NCBI GenBank assembly: GCA_964434115.1
Contig: CAYSSX010000003.1
Span: 204,554-268,553, forward strand
Length of the DNA: 64,000 bases
Direction: 5' to 3'
Source of the DNA: an uncultured bacterium
GTDB lineage: Bacteria; Omnitrophota; Omnitrophia; Omnitrophales; Aquincolibacteriaceae
Of the stretch, positions 46,201 through 55,250 are shown one piece after another. The notes under the pieces are model-generated. The model was not told the origin of the DNA and ran no database searches. It worked only from the letters and a program-made list of their open reading frames with translations. A program made the position numbers and the translations under genes. Each line of letters starts with the position of its first letter. The stretch's first letter is position 1.

Positions 46201-46370
46201 TTAATAAAATCGAACAGCTTATCCAGCATGCCAGTTCCAAGGCCGCTGCACAGGATCTTTTGACCGAAAAAGAACGCCTCGAAGAACGCATGACACAGAT
46301 TGAATCCCGTCGGAGTTTTCTTAACCGCGAACTTGAACGTTTTCAAATTTCTCAAACGAAAGCCGCCTGA
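43236..46370 (+). CDS. BamD/YfiO-like TPR protein with a ~750-aa coiled-coil C-terminal extension (start at internal Met)
   Basis: The signal peptide is 'VPAFLLALCLFATPSQA'. The TPR region 'YEYAMKFYRDKDYDKAEEQLKSVLKKFRGAKIAPEAQYRLGVIYEEKNDYLKAFETYKVVIESYPQSQRAEE' is BamD-like. The remainder is heptad-rich E/K/Q/L sequence. Confidence 0.6.
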   Translation: MTNKKVPAFLLALCLFATPSQAYWVWSPEAGKFVNPEEGMQDTAEEQYEYAMKFYRDKDYDKAEEQLKSVLKKFRGAKIAPEAQYRLGVIYEEKNDYLKAFETYKVVIESYPQSQRAEEVIEREFKIGNVFLSGKKAKIMGLEILPSLSKAADVFEHIVKNAPYSAYGDQASFRLGLTRKKQGQFDKAVEAFQSVIDNYPKSELIQEARFQLADTAFQRSNYSGRDERALDTAGDYVDRYLARHPESEETEKAAKLRGEIDEKNAEKNFRIGLYYEKTKYVSSAIIYYRDVAKRYPSTQWGQKSQEKLKSLQEPVAFLKDEQQKVESEIQLTQSQLEALKDSKDSVERDALHRKLDRLRQRQKSVESSKKESMKSREEDLKRREQELKEKVANLNTKKKLLVTNKSEDLAKAIERWENSLNDEKESLALERRQLGDWKQSMGLAQHESMWDILPFVGEAPSELDQVRRVDAKKLYKVSGEKKELLESKELLYKQYQEVAEMVGGVSGSRFDTAEEAADFQSALLSGNEEIQERNRKLQEKREEVRKLEQELDTQSGLYKQKFGDSALAAFFRMPARMVTGSTEAVGRSIGALNPFDRSSAAGSADNSLEQLLEKQMHLKEKVNTQRNLVEILTQAFDDDLAMQEQKRLLKSLEQGGSSDQEMRDLRKATKHVEKEMRAAYSEIGDRHEKIKALTSELEKLLDSPEANEGREVQNAVTAPARVVAKGARDFLFGRKSQEARVSESAEKLPMSNAAAEQAKSLKEEIELQSLLIEARNREIYQLKQELDILRSKASLSGGYQFRSSLVKVPYEFLEEAIDSARSVVPKKERKDMLINRLDKETRDMEAAKQELAEIEKQIAEKSGSAPVQPAAVPSDTAASEGAEAPSEPSTAVDEAELKSSIQEMTIRLQAAQQDYEQDRIALEKEAQALKAEAGKTQEDKNWGGKTKDLTGQEGKLRDELRNLEKELSDLIRKEGKLEEEESGILENRINKIEQLIQHASSKAAAQDLLTEKERLEERMTQIESRRSFLNRELERFQISQTKAA

Positions 46371-46372
46371 AA

Positions 46373-46900
46373 ATGAAATTTTCCCGATTCTTGATGACCG
46401 CGTTTGCTGTGGGGCTTTTGTCCTCGGCGGGCTGCGGGTATACGCAAAAAACAGTTCTTCCCAACGACATCAAGACGATTTATGTCGATACGGTTAAAAA
46501 CAAAATTCCGATCGAAAAAGTTTACACCTACGTCCCGGGCCTTGAGATTGACATTACGAATGCTGTGATCCGGCGTTTGCACAAAGACGGCAACTTGAAG
46601 GTTGTGGGTTCCCGTGAAGAAGCTGACGCGATTCTCGAAACGGACCTCACTGGTTTTGAGCAGGAAGGGCTTCGGTTCTCCAGTCTGGAATCTGTCGAAG
46701 AATACAGGATGTACCTTGTCGTGTCGCTCAAGCTTATCGATGGGAAGACACAGAATATCCTCTGGCAGGAACCCAATCTTTCTGGAGATTCCGAGTTTTA
46801 TATAAGCGATGTGCGTTCCATCAATCGCGAGGAAGCCTCCCGCAAGACCATTGATCGTTTGGCCCGCAATGTCGTGGATCGCATTGTCGAAGACTGGTAA
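46373..46900 (+). CDS. lptE: LptE-like LPS-assembly lipoprotein
   Basis: The lipobox is 'LLSSAGC'. Size (175 aa) and position immediately upstream of holA match E. coli leuS–lptE–holA. Confidence 0.55.
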   Translation: MKFSRFLMTAFAVGLLSSAGCGYTQKTVLPNDIKTIYVDTVKNKIPIEKVYTYVPGLEIDITNAVIRRLHKDGNLKVVGSREEADAILETDLTGFEQEGLRFSSLESVEEYRMYLVVSLKLIDGKTQNILWQEPNLSGDSEFYISDVRSINREEASRKTIDRLARNVVDRIVEDW

Positions 46901-46941
46901 GATTTTCTTCTCCAACCGCATTTCAGAATCCGCGTAAGCTC

Positions 46942-47895
46942 GTGAAGCATTCCCTTACCCTTATTGTTGGCGATTCTTTTCTGGCCGCAGAACGCTTCAA
47001 GAGTATTGCCCTGGAATATGAAAAGAAATCGCCGGGCGGACTTTCCTCCCAGACCTTTTATTTAAAAGAGACCCCCCTAAAAACAGTTCTATCGCAGGCG
47101 CGCACGCTTCCTTTTGGCGTTTCCAGGCAGCTTTTTAGAATTATGGAAACAAGTCAGCTTAAAAAAGATGACGTTGAAACCCTGCAGGCCTACGCCGCTC
47201 ACCCCGCGACTTCTGCAGACCTGATCTTCCTCACTGACGAGATGGATGCCAAAAGCCCTGTCCTGGCCTTCTTTCAGAGTTCCGGAGAGGTGATTCGTAT
47301 TGAAGAAGGGCAGAAGCTAACCGCCTCTTCGCGTCTCATCAAAGAACGTCTTCAGCAGGCCGGGAAGACGATGCGCCCGGAAGCCATACGCCGCGTTGAA
47401 GAGAAATCCGGGGAATATCCGGCGTTTGTGGATTCTCTTCTGACCCAGCTGATTAGCTATGCGGGGGAAACCCCTGAGATATCGGTTGAGATGCTGGAGC
47501 AGTTTGAAGAAAACCTGAGCTCTGTGGATATCTATAAATTAATGGATGCCATCAGCGCCAGAAAGCTTCAGGAATCCCTGCTTCTTTTTAACCGGTATTT
47601 GGAAGAAAACGAAAAGGAATTCCTTTCGTTTATGGGCCTTTTGCATTGGCAGTTCCGGAGGTTGTGGCAGGCCAGTGTTCTCCTTGAAGAGGGGGCTTCT
47701 GAGGCGGTGATTCTTAAAAAGTGCAAAGTTTACTCGAATCAGTCGCGGCCGTTCCTTCAGCAGGTTCGCGCTTTTTCCCGGGTGCGTTTGGAAAAGGGAA
47801 TCGAAGGGCTGTTTCAGCTGGACTGGGCTTTAAAGTCAGGCAGGGCGGAAGAACGCGCAGGTTTTGAACGCTGGCTTGTTGAATTAACGGCATAA
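46942..47895 (+). CDS. holA: DNA polymerase III delta subunit
   Basis: GTG start. N-terminal 'LIVGDSFLAAERFKSI' and the delta C-terminal domain 'LLHWQFRRLWQAS'. Confidence 0.7.
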   Translation: MKHSLTLIVGDSFLAAERFKSIALEYEKKSPGGLSSQTFYLKETPLKTVLSQARTLPFGVSRQLFRIMETSQLKKDDVETLQAYAAHPATSADLIFLTDEMDAKSPVLAFFQSSGEVIRIEEGQKLTASSRLIKERLQQAGKTMRPEAIRRVEEKSGEYPAFVDSLLTQLISYAGETPEISVEMLEQFEENLSSVDIYKLMDAISARKLQESLLLFNRYLEENEKEFLSFMGLLHWQFRRLWQASVLLEEGASEAVILKKCKVYSNQSRPFLQQVRAFSRVRLEKGIEGLFQLDWALKSGRAEERAGFERWLVELTA

Positions 47896-47929
47896 AAAAA
47901 CCCCGCGCCGTAATCCGGAGCGGGGTTTT
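47894..47929. terminator. bidirectional rho-independent terminator between holA (+) and rpsT (−)
   Basis: AAAAAAA – CCCCGCGCCG – loop – CGGAGCGGGG – TTTT. Confidence 0.6.
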
Positions 47930-47943
47930 AATGAATGAAAAGC

Positions 47944-48216
47944 TTATTTCTTTTTCTTTTTTCCCAAACTCGCAAGGAATTTTGCAACGCGGGATTTTTT
48001 ACGATCCGCACGGCCCTTCGGGATAATGCCTTTGCTGACCGCCCGGTCAAAGCGGGAGATCACTCGCAAAGCCAGCTCACGGGCTTTTTCAGGTTCTGAC
48101 TTAAGGGTCAGAAGTTTTTGGGAAAGTGTTTTCAATTCAGAAGTTACAGCTTGATTGCGCAGACGCTTTTTTTCGTCACTGCGCATTCTTTTCATCGCGG
48201 ATTTAATATTCGGCAT
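47944..48216 (-). CDS. rpsT: 30S ribosomal protein S20
   Basis: 'MPNIKSAMKRMRSDEKKRLRNQ...' matches the S20 N-terminus. The length is 90 aa. Confidence 0.9.
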   Translation of the reverse strand: MPNIKSAMKRMRSDEKKRLRNQAVTSELKTLSQKLLTLKSEPEKARELALRVISRFDRAVSKGIIPKGRADRKKSRVAKFLASLGKKKKK

Positions 48217-48328
48217 GGATCAACCATATTCCTTTCAAAATTGTTCGGAGAATCTAGCACAGGGGCCTGGGGCTGTCAATCGGAATGCTCCTGAGGGCAA
48301 GCGCCATCTGGTTAAGGCCGCTGGGGTC

Positions 48329-49876
48329 ATGGGTCTTATGACTCTCGTTAGCCGCGTGCTGGGGATGATCCGGGACGTCTTTAGCGCCAAGGTTTTTGGG
48401 ACAAGCTGGCAATGGGATGCCTTTGTTTATGCTTTCTCCCTTCCCAATTTCTTCCGGAGGCTGGTCGGAGAAGGGGCCTTGGCGAGTGCCTTTATCCCTG
48501 TTTACAGCGAGCTACTCCAAACCAAAGGCGAAAAAGAGGCTTTCCGGTTTGCGAATGTCCTGATTTCCCTCCTTTCCGTGTGTTTCCTGATATTTTTGGT
48601 TATTGTTGAAGCTGCCTTGGCTTTTCTGATGAAAGTCGAAGTGTTTCCTGAAAGGGTTCACCTCGTTTTTGACTTCCTGCGGTTCTTTTTCCCTTACCTT
48701 ACGCTGATGTCCCTTTACGCGGTGGGCATGGGAATCCTCAATTGCCACCGGCATTTCTTTGCACCTTCGCTGGGGCCGCTCGTTTTGAATCTCTGCTGGA
48801 TTGGAGGAACGGTTTGGGTTCTTTTTCTGGCAGATCATGGAATGCCCGACCGTTTAAGGCTGCTGGCGCTTATTGTTCTTTTCTCGGGTGTGCTGCAGGA
48901 TCTTGTCCAGGTTCCGCAGCTTCATAAAATCGGTTTTAGGGTTCAGTGGCTCTGGGAACCCCTTTATCCCGGAATCCAAAAAGCGGTGCGGCTCATCCTT
49001 CCCGTAATTCTTGGCTTTTCGGTGATGCAGGTCAACCTTCTGGTAGACGCGACATTTGCGTTCTGGATAGGCCCGGGTGCGAATTCCACGCTGTGGTACG
49101 GAAACCGCTTGATGCAGCTTCCTCTCGGTGTGTTTGCCGTGGCCATGGGAATGGCTCTTCTGCCGACCCTTTCAAATCAGGTTGCTTCAGGGCAGTTTGA
49201 ACAGGCTCGAAAAAATATTTCATTTTCACTGCGGACGATTGCTTTAATCACGCTGCCTTGTGCCGCAGGCCTTATGACTCTGGCAAAACCCATTGTTCAG
49301 CTTTTGTATGAAAGAGGGCAGTTTGACATGGTCTCAACTCAAAGGACGTCAGCGGTTCTTATCTGGTACGCTTTGGGGTTATTCACCTATGCCGCACAAA
49401 AAATTCTTACGCCGGCCTTTCATTCGCTGCAGAACACAAAGACACCGGTCAGAATAGCCATGATCTGTATGGTTTCCAATATCGTGTTTAACTTTCTTCT
49501 CATGGGAAGCATGAAAGAGGCGGGGCTTGCGCTTTCAACCACCCTTTCAGGACTGATTCAGTTCGGCCTTCTTTTCCTTGCTCTCCACCGCGGTGCTCTC
49601 CGGCTTCCTCTGAAGGAAATTTTCGGGTCTCTGGCAAGGATCTTAGGCGCCACGCTGGCCATGTCGGCCACGGCTTTTGTTGCGTACCGATTTTTCGAGA
49701 ATACCTTTCCCGGGATAGGTACGGTTTATGAGGCCATCCGTGTTTTGGGCAGTATTTCGATTGCGGCTGCTTTTTATCCGGTCTACTGCTTTCTTTTTGG
49801 AGTTTCGGAAATCCGGGATGCCTGGAGCTGGTTCTATAAAAAGCATCTTTCAAAATCCTCGAAGGGGAATTTATGA
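48329..49876 (+). CDS. murJ: lipid II flippase MurJ (MviN)
   Basis: 'MTLVSRVLGMIRDVFSAKVFG', 'DAFVYAFSLPNFFRRLVGEGALASAFIPV' and 14 TM helices. The start is placed at the Met that avoids overlap with the divergent rpsT start. Confidence 0.8.
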   Translation: MGLMTLVSRVLGMIRDVFSAKVFGTSWQWDAFVYAFSLPNFFRRLVGEGALASAFIPVYSELLQTKGEKEAFRFANVLISLLSVCFLIFLVIVEAALAFLMKVEVFPERVHLVFDFLRFFFPYLTLMSLYAVGMGILNCHRHFFAPSLGPLVLNLCWIGGTVWVLFLADHGMPDRLRLLALIVLFSGVLQDLVQVPQLHKIGFRVQWLWEPLYPGIQKAVRLILPVILGFSVMQVNLLVDATFAFWIGPGANSTLWYGNRLMQLPLGVFAVAMGMALLPTLSNQVASGQFEQARKNISFSLRTIALITLPCAAGLMTLAKPIVQLLYERGQFDMVSTQRTSAVLIWYALGLFTYAAQKILTPAFHSLQNTKTPVRIAMICMVSNIVFNFLLMGSMKEAGLALSTTLSGLIQFGLLFLALHRGALRLPLKEIFGSLARILGATLAMSATAFVAYRFFENTFPGIGTVYEAIRVLGSISIAAAFYPVYCFLFGVSEIRDAWSWFYKKHLSKSSKGNL

Positions 49877-51369
49877 GGGATATTCCCTTGGTGCCTAGGC
49901 GGGAATCGTCCGCAGACCTGCGGGAGGTCGTCAATCAGATCCCGCTCACACCCGGGGTCTATTTCATGAAGGATGCGGAAGGAGGCATCTTATATATAGG
50001 AAAGGCGCGCATTCTTAAGAACCGCGTCCGGTCTTACTTCATCAACAAGATGCAGCTTCCTAAAATTGCGATTTTGGTCAGCCAAATCCGGCGTATTGAT
50101 TACATTGAAACCACGACGGAAATGGACGCTCTGCTTTTGGAAGCCCAGCTTATCCGTAAGTACCAGCCTAAATACAACAAAGAATTGAAAGACGACAAAA
50201 GTTATCCCCTGCTGAAAATCACTTCGGAAAAATATCCGCGGATTGTGATCACCCGCAACAAGAGCGATAAAAAGGCTTTCTATTACGGGCCTTACACGGA
50301 TGCGCGCCTGCTTCGTGAAGCGGTGAATCTGATTAACAGTCTTTTCCCTATCCGGAAATGCCGCAGGCTTCCGAAAACAGCCTGCCTCTATTATCACATC
50401 GGACAATGCGTCGCGCCCTGCATTAAGCCCGATGTCGAGGAGGAGTATGACCGCTGGGTCCGCGAAGTCCGGGGATTCCTCGGCGGCGGAAAGAAAAGTA
50501 TTGTCGAGTATTTGACTGAACGCATGCATGATGCCGCGTCTGAACTGCGCTTTGAAGATGCCCAGTTTTTTAAGGATCAGATTCAGGCCTTGGGAACCCT
50601 TAAAAAGAAACGGTTTATCCCGAAGAATCCTGAGGCGGGTATTGGACTTGCCGCGACCCTGGAGCTCAAGCGTATCCTCGGCATGGAAAAGCTGCCGGAA
50701 AGGATTGTGTGCTTTGACGTTTCCAATATTCAGGGAAATGAAGCCGTGGCCTCCAAAGTGGCCTTTTACCGTGAACTGCCGGACAAGATGGCCTACCGGA
50801 GATATAAGATCCGAACCGTGCAGGGAATTGATGATTATGCCATGATGCAGGAAGCGCTCGGTCGTATGCTTCAGGGGCTGAAGGCGGGGCGTGAGGATTT
50901 TATTCCGGACGTGATTATGATTGACGGCGGCAAAGGACATCTCCGGGCGGCTTTTGAAGTCATGAAGCAGGAGGGGTTTGAGGGAACAGAGCTTATTTCA
51001 ATCGCGAAAAAATTTGAAACTATTTATTCGGCAAAAAAAATGCTCTTGGGAGAGTCTGATGCCGCCGAGGATTTGAATATCCCCAAGGATGCTCCGTCGA
51101 ATCATTTGCTCCAGAAAATCCGGGATGAAGCCCACCGGTTTGCGATACTGTATCACCGTTCCCTGAAAGAAAAGGAACTCGCAAAATCCCAGCTGGATGA
51201 GATCCCGGGAATCGGGGAGATCCGGAAAAAGATTCTGCTCAGGCAGTTTGATTCCCTTGAGGAGCTTTCCCGCTGCGGGGTTGAGCGGCTGGCCGCTATT
51301 CCGGGCATGAATCAGGTCGCGGCGGAGCGTGTGGCGGCCTGGTTTCAAGGGGAAAAAGGGGAAAAATAA
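49873..51369 (+). CDS. uvrC: excinuclease ABC subunit C
   Basis: GIY-YIG 'GVYFMKDAEGGILYIGKARILKNRVRSY', the UVR motif 'LRFEDAQFFKDQIQAL', an Endo-V-like domain and a C-terminal HhH pair. Confidence 0.85.
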   Translation: MRDIPLVPRRESSADLREVVNQIPLTPGVYFMKDAEGGILYIGKARILKNRVRSYFINKMQLPKIAILVSQIRRIDYIETTTEMDALLLEAQLIRKYQPKYNKELKDDKSYPLLKITSEKYPRIVITRNKSDKKAFYYGPYTDARLLREAVNLINSLFPIRKCRRLPKTACLYYHIGQCVAPCIKPDVEEEYDRWVREVRGFLGGGKKSIVEYLTERMHDAASELRFEDAQFFKDQIQALGTLKKKRFIPKNPEAGIGLAATLELKRILGMEKLPERIVCFDVSNIQGNEAVASKVAFYRELPDKMAYRRYKIRTVQGIDDYAMMQEALGRMLQGLKAGREDFIPDVIMIDGGKGHLRAAFEVMKQEGFEGTELISIAKKFETIYSAKKMLLGESDAAEDLNIPKDAPSNHLLQKIRDEAHRFAILYHRSLKEKELAKSQLDEIPGIGEIRKKILLRQFDSLEELSRCGVERLAAIPGMNQVAAERVAAWFQGEKGEK

Positions 51370-51522
51370 AAAAGGAGCTTTAAAACTCGTTTTTGGAATT
51401 TTCCGCGTGTATACTTACGAAGGTTGAACTTTAAACGGTTTATTTTCTTAATATTCATCTGCTGAACCCAAGGGTTCCAGCGGTCTGTTGTGCCGACGGC
51501 CGGATAAGCCGCCCGAGGATTC

Positions 51523-52938
51523 ATGAGGGATCAGGAAAAGTCAAAAGACGAACTTCTCAAAGAGCTGGTTCTCCTTCGTAATAAAGTCAATACCCTCCAG
51601 TTTGACGCCGCGAAAAAAGATTATGAAAGCGCAAAAAAGGAAAAAGAAGAATCCCACCTGAGGAATATCCGCGATTACGCGGCGTGGGTGGTCTACGCGT
51701 CACCGGTGGTTTTGTGCCAGCTTGACCCGGACGGGACCACGCGGTTTATTAACCCTTTTTCGGAGCGCATCACCGGTTATAAAGCGGAAGAAATGATCGG
51801 GAAGAACTGGTGGAAAATTCTTTTCCCGGGCGATGAATACCAGCAGGTGATAAAGCTTTTCAAGACGATCGAAAAAGGCGATGTGCGGGACCACGATATG
51901 ACACTCGTGACCAAGGGCGGGCAGAGGTGCACGATTACTTTTCATTCGATCAACCGCTTTGACGAAGGCGGAAAGATCAAAGATATAGTGCTTGTCGGTA
52001 TGGATGTCAGCGCGCGTAAACGCATTGAAATCCAGCTGGAGCAAAGCGAGGTTAAATTCCGCACCTTGACCTCCAATATTCCCTGCGCCGTCTACCGCTG
52101 TGCTCCGGACAACCGCTGGACCATGCATCATCTTTCCGACCACATTCAAAAAATTGCGGGGCATGAGGCCTGGGATTTTATTGATAACCGCGTTTTGGCC
52201 TATGGCGACATTATTTACTCTGAGGATAAATCCAAGGTCAGTCAATCTGTCCAGCAGGCGCTTGAAAAGCGGGAATCCTTTATTCTGGAATACCGGATCC
52301 GGCACGCGGACGGAACCCTTCGGTGGGTTTATGAAAAGGGGCAGGGGTACTTTGAGGACGGGAAACTTTTGTGGCTCGATGGCGTGATCTTTGATATCAG
52401 TGAACGTAAAGAAATGGAACGGAAACTTGAAGAGACCCTTGAACAGGTCAAAAACCTTTCGCTTACGGATGAACTCACACAACTTTACAACCGCCGCGGT
52501 TTCATCACGCACGCGGAACAGCAGATCCGCATTGCCGAGCGCAGCCGACGTCCGGTTGCGATTATCTTTGTCGACCTGAATGGGATGAAAGGGATTAATG
52601 ATAAACTCGGGCATCAAGCGGGTGATCAGGCCCTGGTCGAAACCGCGAATGTGATTAAATCGACCTTCCGGAAAGCCGACATTATGGCAAGGCTTGGCGG
52701 TGACGAGTTTGCGATTCTAGCCGTAGAAACTGACGATGAAAGGGCGCAGGTGATGATGGCCCGCCTGCAGACGAACGTTGAAGTTTACAATAAACAATCC
52801 ACCGGAGCTTTTAAGCTTTCCATGAGCACCGGGCTTTCTCACTATGATCCGGATCACCCCTGCACCGTAGAAGAACTTCTTCAGCGCGCCGATAAAAAGA
52901 TGTATGAAATGAAGCGCGAAATGAAGCGTAACTTTTAA
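51523..52938 (+). CDS. sensor diguanylate cyclase: coiled-coil plus two PAS domains plus GGDEF with an RxxD I-site
   Basis: PAS boundaries '[31 protein letters not shown]' and '[13 protein letters not shown]'. The active site reads '[17 protein letters not shown]'. Confidence 0.85.
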   Translation: MRDQEKSKDELLKELVLLRNKVNTLQFDAAKKDYESAKKEKEESHLRNIRDYAAWVVYASPVVLCQLDPDGTTRFINPFSERITGYKAEEMIGKNWWKILFPGDEYQQVIKLFKTIEKGDVRDHDMTLVTKGGQRCTITFHSINRFDEGGKIKDIVLVGMDVSARKRIEIQLEQSEVKFRTLTSNIPCAVYRCAPDNRWTMHHLSDHIQKIAGHEAWDFIDNRVLAYGDIIYSEDKSKVSQSVQQALEKRESFILEYRIRHADGTLRWVYEKGQGYFEDGKLLWLDGVIFDISERKEMERKLEETLEQVKNLSLTDELTQLYNRRGFITHAEQQIRIAERSRRPVAIIFVDLNGMKGINDKLGHQAGDQALVETANVIKSTFRKADIMARLGGDEFAILAVETDDERAQVMMARLQTNVEVYNKQSTGAFKLSMSTGLSHYDPDHPCTVEELLQRADKKMYEMKREMKRNF

Positions 52939-52946
52939 ATCCCCGC

Positions 52947-53345
52947 ATGAAAGCCAATAAAAAAGATGAAGAGTGGAAGTGTTCGCTGACCCCGGAGCAG
53001 TATCATGTCACCCGCGAAAAGGGCACGGAGAGGGCTTTCACGGGCGTTTATCATGACTGCAAAGAAAAGGGAATGTACCAGTGCGTTTGCTGCGGTGCGG
53101 ACCTTTTTTCTTCCGATACCAAATTTGATTCCGGCACCGGCTGGCCGAGCTTTTATGCGCCGGCGGTAAAGGAGCACGTCGCAACCCACGCGGATACAAG
53201 TTTTTCCATGCGCCGCGTGGAGGTGCTTTGCTCCCGGTGCGACGCCCATCTTGGACATGTCTTTGAAGACGGTCCCGCCCCCACGGGTTTACGCTATTGT
53301 ATTAATTCCGCGTCACTGAAATTTCAAAAGCAACCTAAAGTCTGA
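52947..53345 (+). CDS. msrB: peptide-methionine (R)-S-oxide reductase
   Basis: Zinc-binding CxxC pairs '[11 protein letters not shown]' and '[18 protein letters not shown]', with 'GTGWPSF'. Confidence 0.9.
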   Translation: MKANKKDEEWKCSLTPEQYHVTREKGTERAFTGVYHDCKEKGMYQCVCCGADLFSSDTKFDSGTGWPSFYAPAVKEHVATHADTSFSMRRVEVLCSRCDAHLGHVFEDGPAPTGLRYCINSASLKFQKQPKV

Positions 53346-53355
53346 TCTTTTTCCC

Positions 53356-55188
53356 ATGGCCTACCGCAGTCTTCGTGAATGCCTTCTTGATTTAGAGCGC
53401 AGCCGTCAAATGGTCCGCGTGAGCACGGAAGTGGATCCGGACCTTGAAATGGCTGAAATCCACCGGCGGGTGAACCAAGCCGGAGGTCCCGCAGTGTTTT
53501 ATGAGCGGGTCAAAGGCAGCCCTTTCCCGGCCGTTTCCAATCTCTATGGAACCAAAGAGCGGATGCGTTATCTTTTCCGCGACACGCTGGAGCAGGTCAA
53601 ACAGCTGGTTCGCCTGAAAGCGGACCCCGGGCTTTTAATCAAACAGCCTCTGAAGAGTTTTTCTGCCGCAGGTGCTGCCCTCAATGCTTTACCTGTGAAG
53701 GTTTGGACAGGGCCTGTCCTTGAAAGCAAAACGTCTCTTGGGGAACTGCCTCAGATTAAATCCTGGCCCCGTGACGGAGGCGCGTTCATTCTTCTGCCCC
53801 AAGTGTATACCGAGAATCAGGAGCACCCCGGAATTTTGCGTTCCAATTTGGGGATGTACCGGATCCAGATTTCCGGAAATGATTATGATCCGGGTTTCGA
53901 AGCGGGGCTTCATTACCAAATCCGCCGGGACATCGGGATTCATCATCATGCGGCGATTCGCAGGGGGGAGCCTCTTCGTGTGAGTGTTTTTGTCGGCGGG
54001 CCGCCGGCCCATGCCTTTGCTTCTGTGATGTATTTGCCGGAAGGAATGCCGGAAGTCGCTTTTGCCGGAGCCCTGGCGGGGCGAGGATTCCGTTATGCCA
54101 GGCGAAACGGCTGGACGATCTCAACGGATGCGGATTTTTGTATTACCGGGACCGTGGAACCCGGCAAACTGAAACCCGAAGGCCCCTTTGGAGATCATTT
54201 GGGGTATTACAGTCTTAAACATGACTTTCCTTTTATGAAGGTGGAAGCTGTTTATCACCGCCGTGATGCTGTTTGGCCTTTCACCGTGGTCGGACGCCCG
54301 CCTCAGGAAGACAGTATTTTTGGAGACCTTATTCAAGAAATTGCCGGGCCGGTTTTACCGATGGAAATTCCCGGGGTCAAACGTGTTCTTGCTGTCGATG
54401 CCTCAGGGGTTCACCCCTTGATGCTTGCCGCAGGCAGTGAGCGTTATGTGCCTTACCGCGAGCGGCAGCCTCAGGAATTACTCACGCAAGCCCACGCCCT
54501 TTTGGGGTATGGCCCCTGTTCTTTGGCGAAATATTTGATGATCATTGCCGATGAAGACCAGCCTGGTTTGGACCTGCACGATACCAAGGCCTTTTTCCGG
54601 CATCTTCTGGAACGCATCGACTGGACGCGGGACCTTCACTTTGAGACCTCAACCACGATGGATACGCTGGACTACTCCGGCACGGGCCTTCATCAAGGCT
54701 CCAAAGTCGTGATGGCGGCGGCAGGCCCAAAGAAAAGGGAACTCTCGGCACGTCTTCCGGAAAACTTCCCGATTTCCATGGGTTTTGAAAAGCCCGTGTT
54801 TCTGATGCCCGGTGTTTTGGTTCTCAAGGCCCCGCCGTTTCAAAACTACACAGCTTCTTCCGTAGAGGTTGATCTTTTTGCCAAGGCGGTTGAGCGCTCC
54901 GGGAATGATGAAGGTATTGCCTGCATCATTCTCGCGGATGACAGTACTTTTACGGCGCGCGACGTGAACACTTTTCTTTGGGTAACCTTTACGCGTTCCA
55001 ATCCCTCGCATGACATTTATGGCGTTGGAAGTTTTACGCTTTTCAAACACTGGGGATGCCGAGGGCCTTTGATTATCGATGCCCGTATGAAACCCCATCA
55101 TGCTCCCCCTGTGGAAGAAGATCCGGCGGTCAGGCGGAAGGTGGAAGCCCTGGCGGCGCCGGGAAACCCCCTGCATGGTATTTTTTAA
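53356..55188 (+). CDS. UbiD-family (prFMN-dependent) decarboxylase
   Basis: The N-terminal 'LRECLLDLERSRQMVRVSTEVDPDLEMAEI...GGPAVFYERVKGSPFPAVSNLYGT' is typical of UbiD. The length is 610 aa. Confidence 0.8.
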   Translation: MAYRSLRECLLDLERSRQMVRVSTEVDPDLEMAEIHRRVNQAGGPAVFYERVKGSPFPAVSNLYGTKERMRYLFRDTLEQVKQLVRLKADPGLLIKQPLKSFSAAGAALNALPVKVWTGPVLESKTSLGELPQIKSWPRDGGAFILLPQVYTENQEHPGILRSNLGMYRIQISGNDYDPGFEAGLHYQIRRDIGIHHHAAIRRGEPLRVSVFVGGPPAHAFASVMYLPEGMPEVAFAGALAGRGFRYARRNGWTISTDADFCITGTVEPGKLKPEGPFGDHLGYYSLKHDFPFMKVEAVYHRRDAVWPFTVVGRPPQEDSIFGDLIQEIAGPVLPMEIPGVKRVLAVDASGVHPLMLAAGSERYVPYRERQPQELLTQAHALLGYGPCSLAKYLMIIADEDQPGLDLHDTKAFFRHLLERIDWTRDLHFETSTTMDTLDYSGTGLHQGSKVVMAAAGPKKRELSARLPENFPISMGFEKPVFLMPGVLVLKAPPFQNYTASSVEVDLFAKAVERSGNDEGIACIILADDSTFTARDVNTFLWVTFTRSNPSHDIYGVGSFTLFKHWGCRGPLIIDARMKPHHAPPVEEDPAVRRKVEALAAPGNPLHGIF

Positions 55189-55250
55189 GCCAAAAAAGCC
55201 TTCGGCCTTTCTTGCAACCCCCCGGAAAGCTTGCTACACTGTGCCGCATT

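Noticed and set aside
51370-51522. Promoter for the PAS-GGDEF gene (TTGGAA / TATACT candidates)
   Set aside because: The hexamer spacing is 11 nt for one pairing, and the alternative −10 is poor. It is left unannotated.
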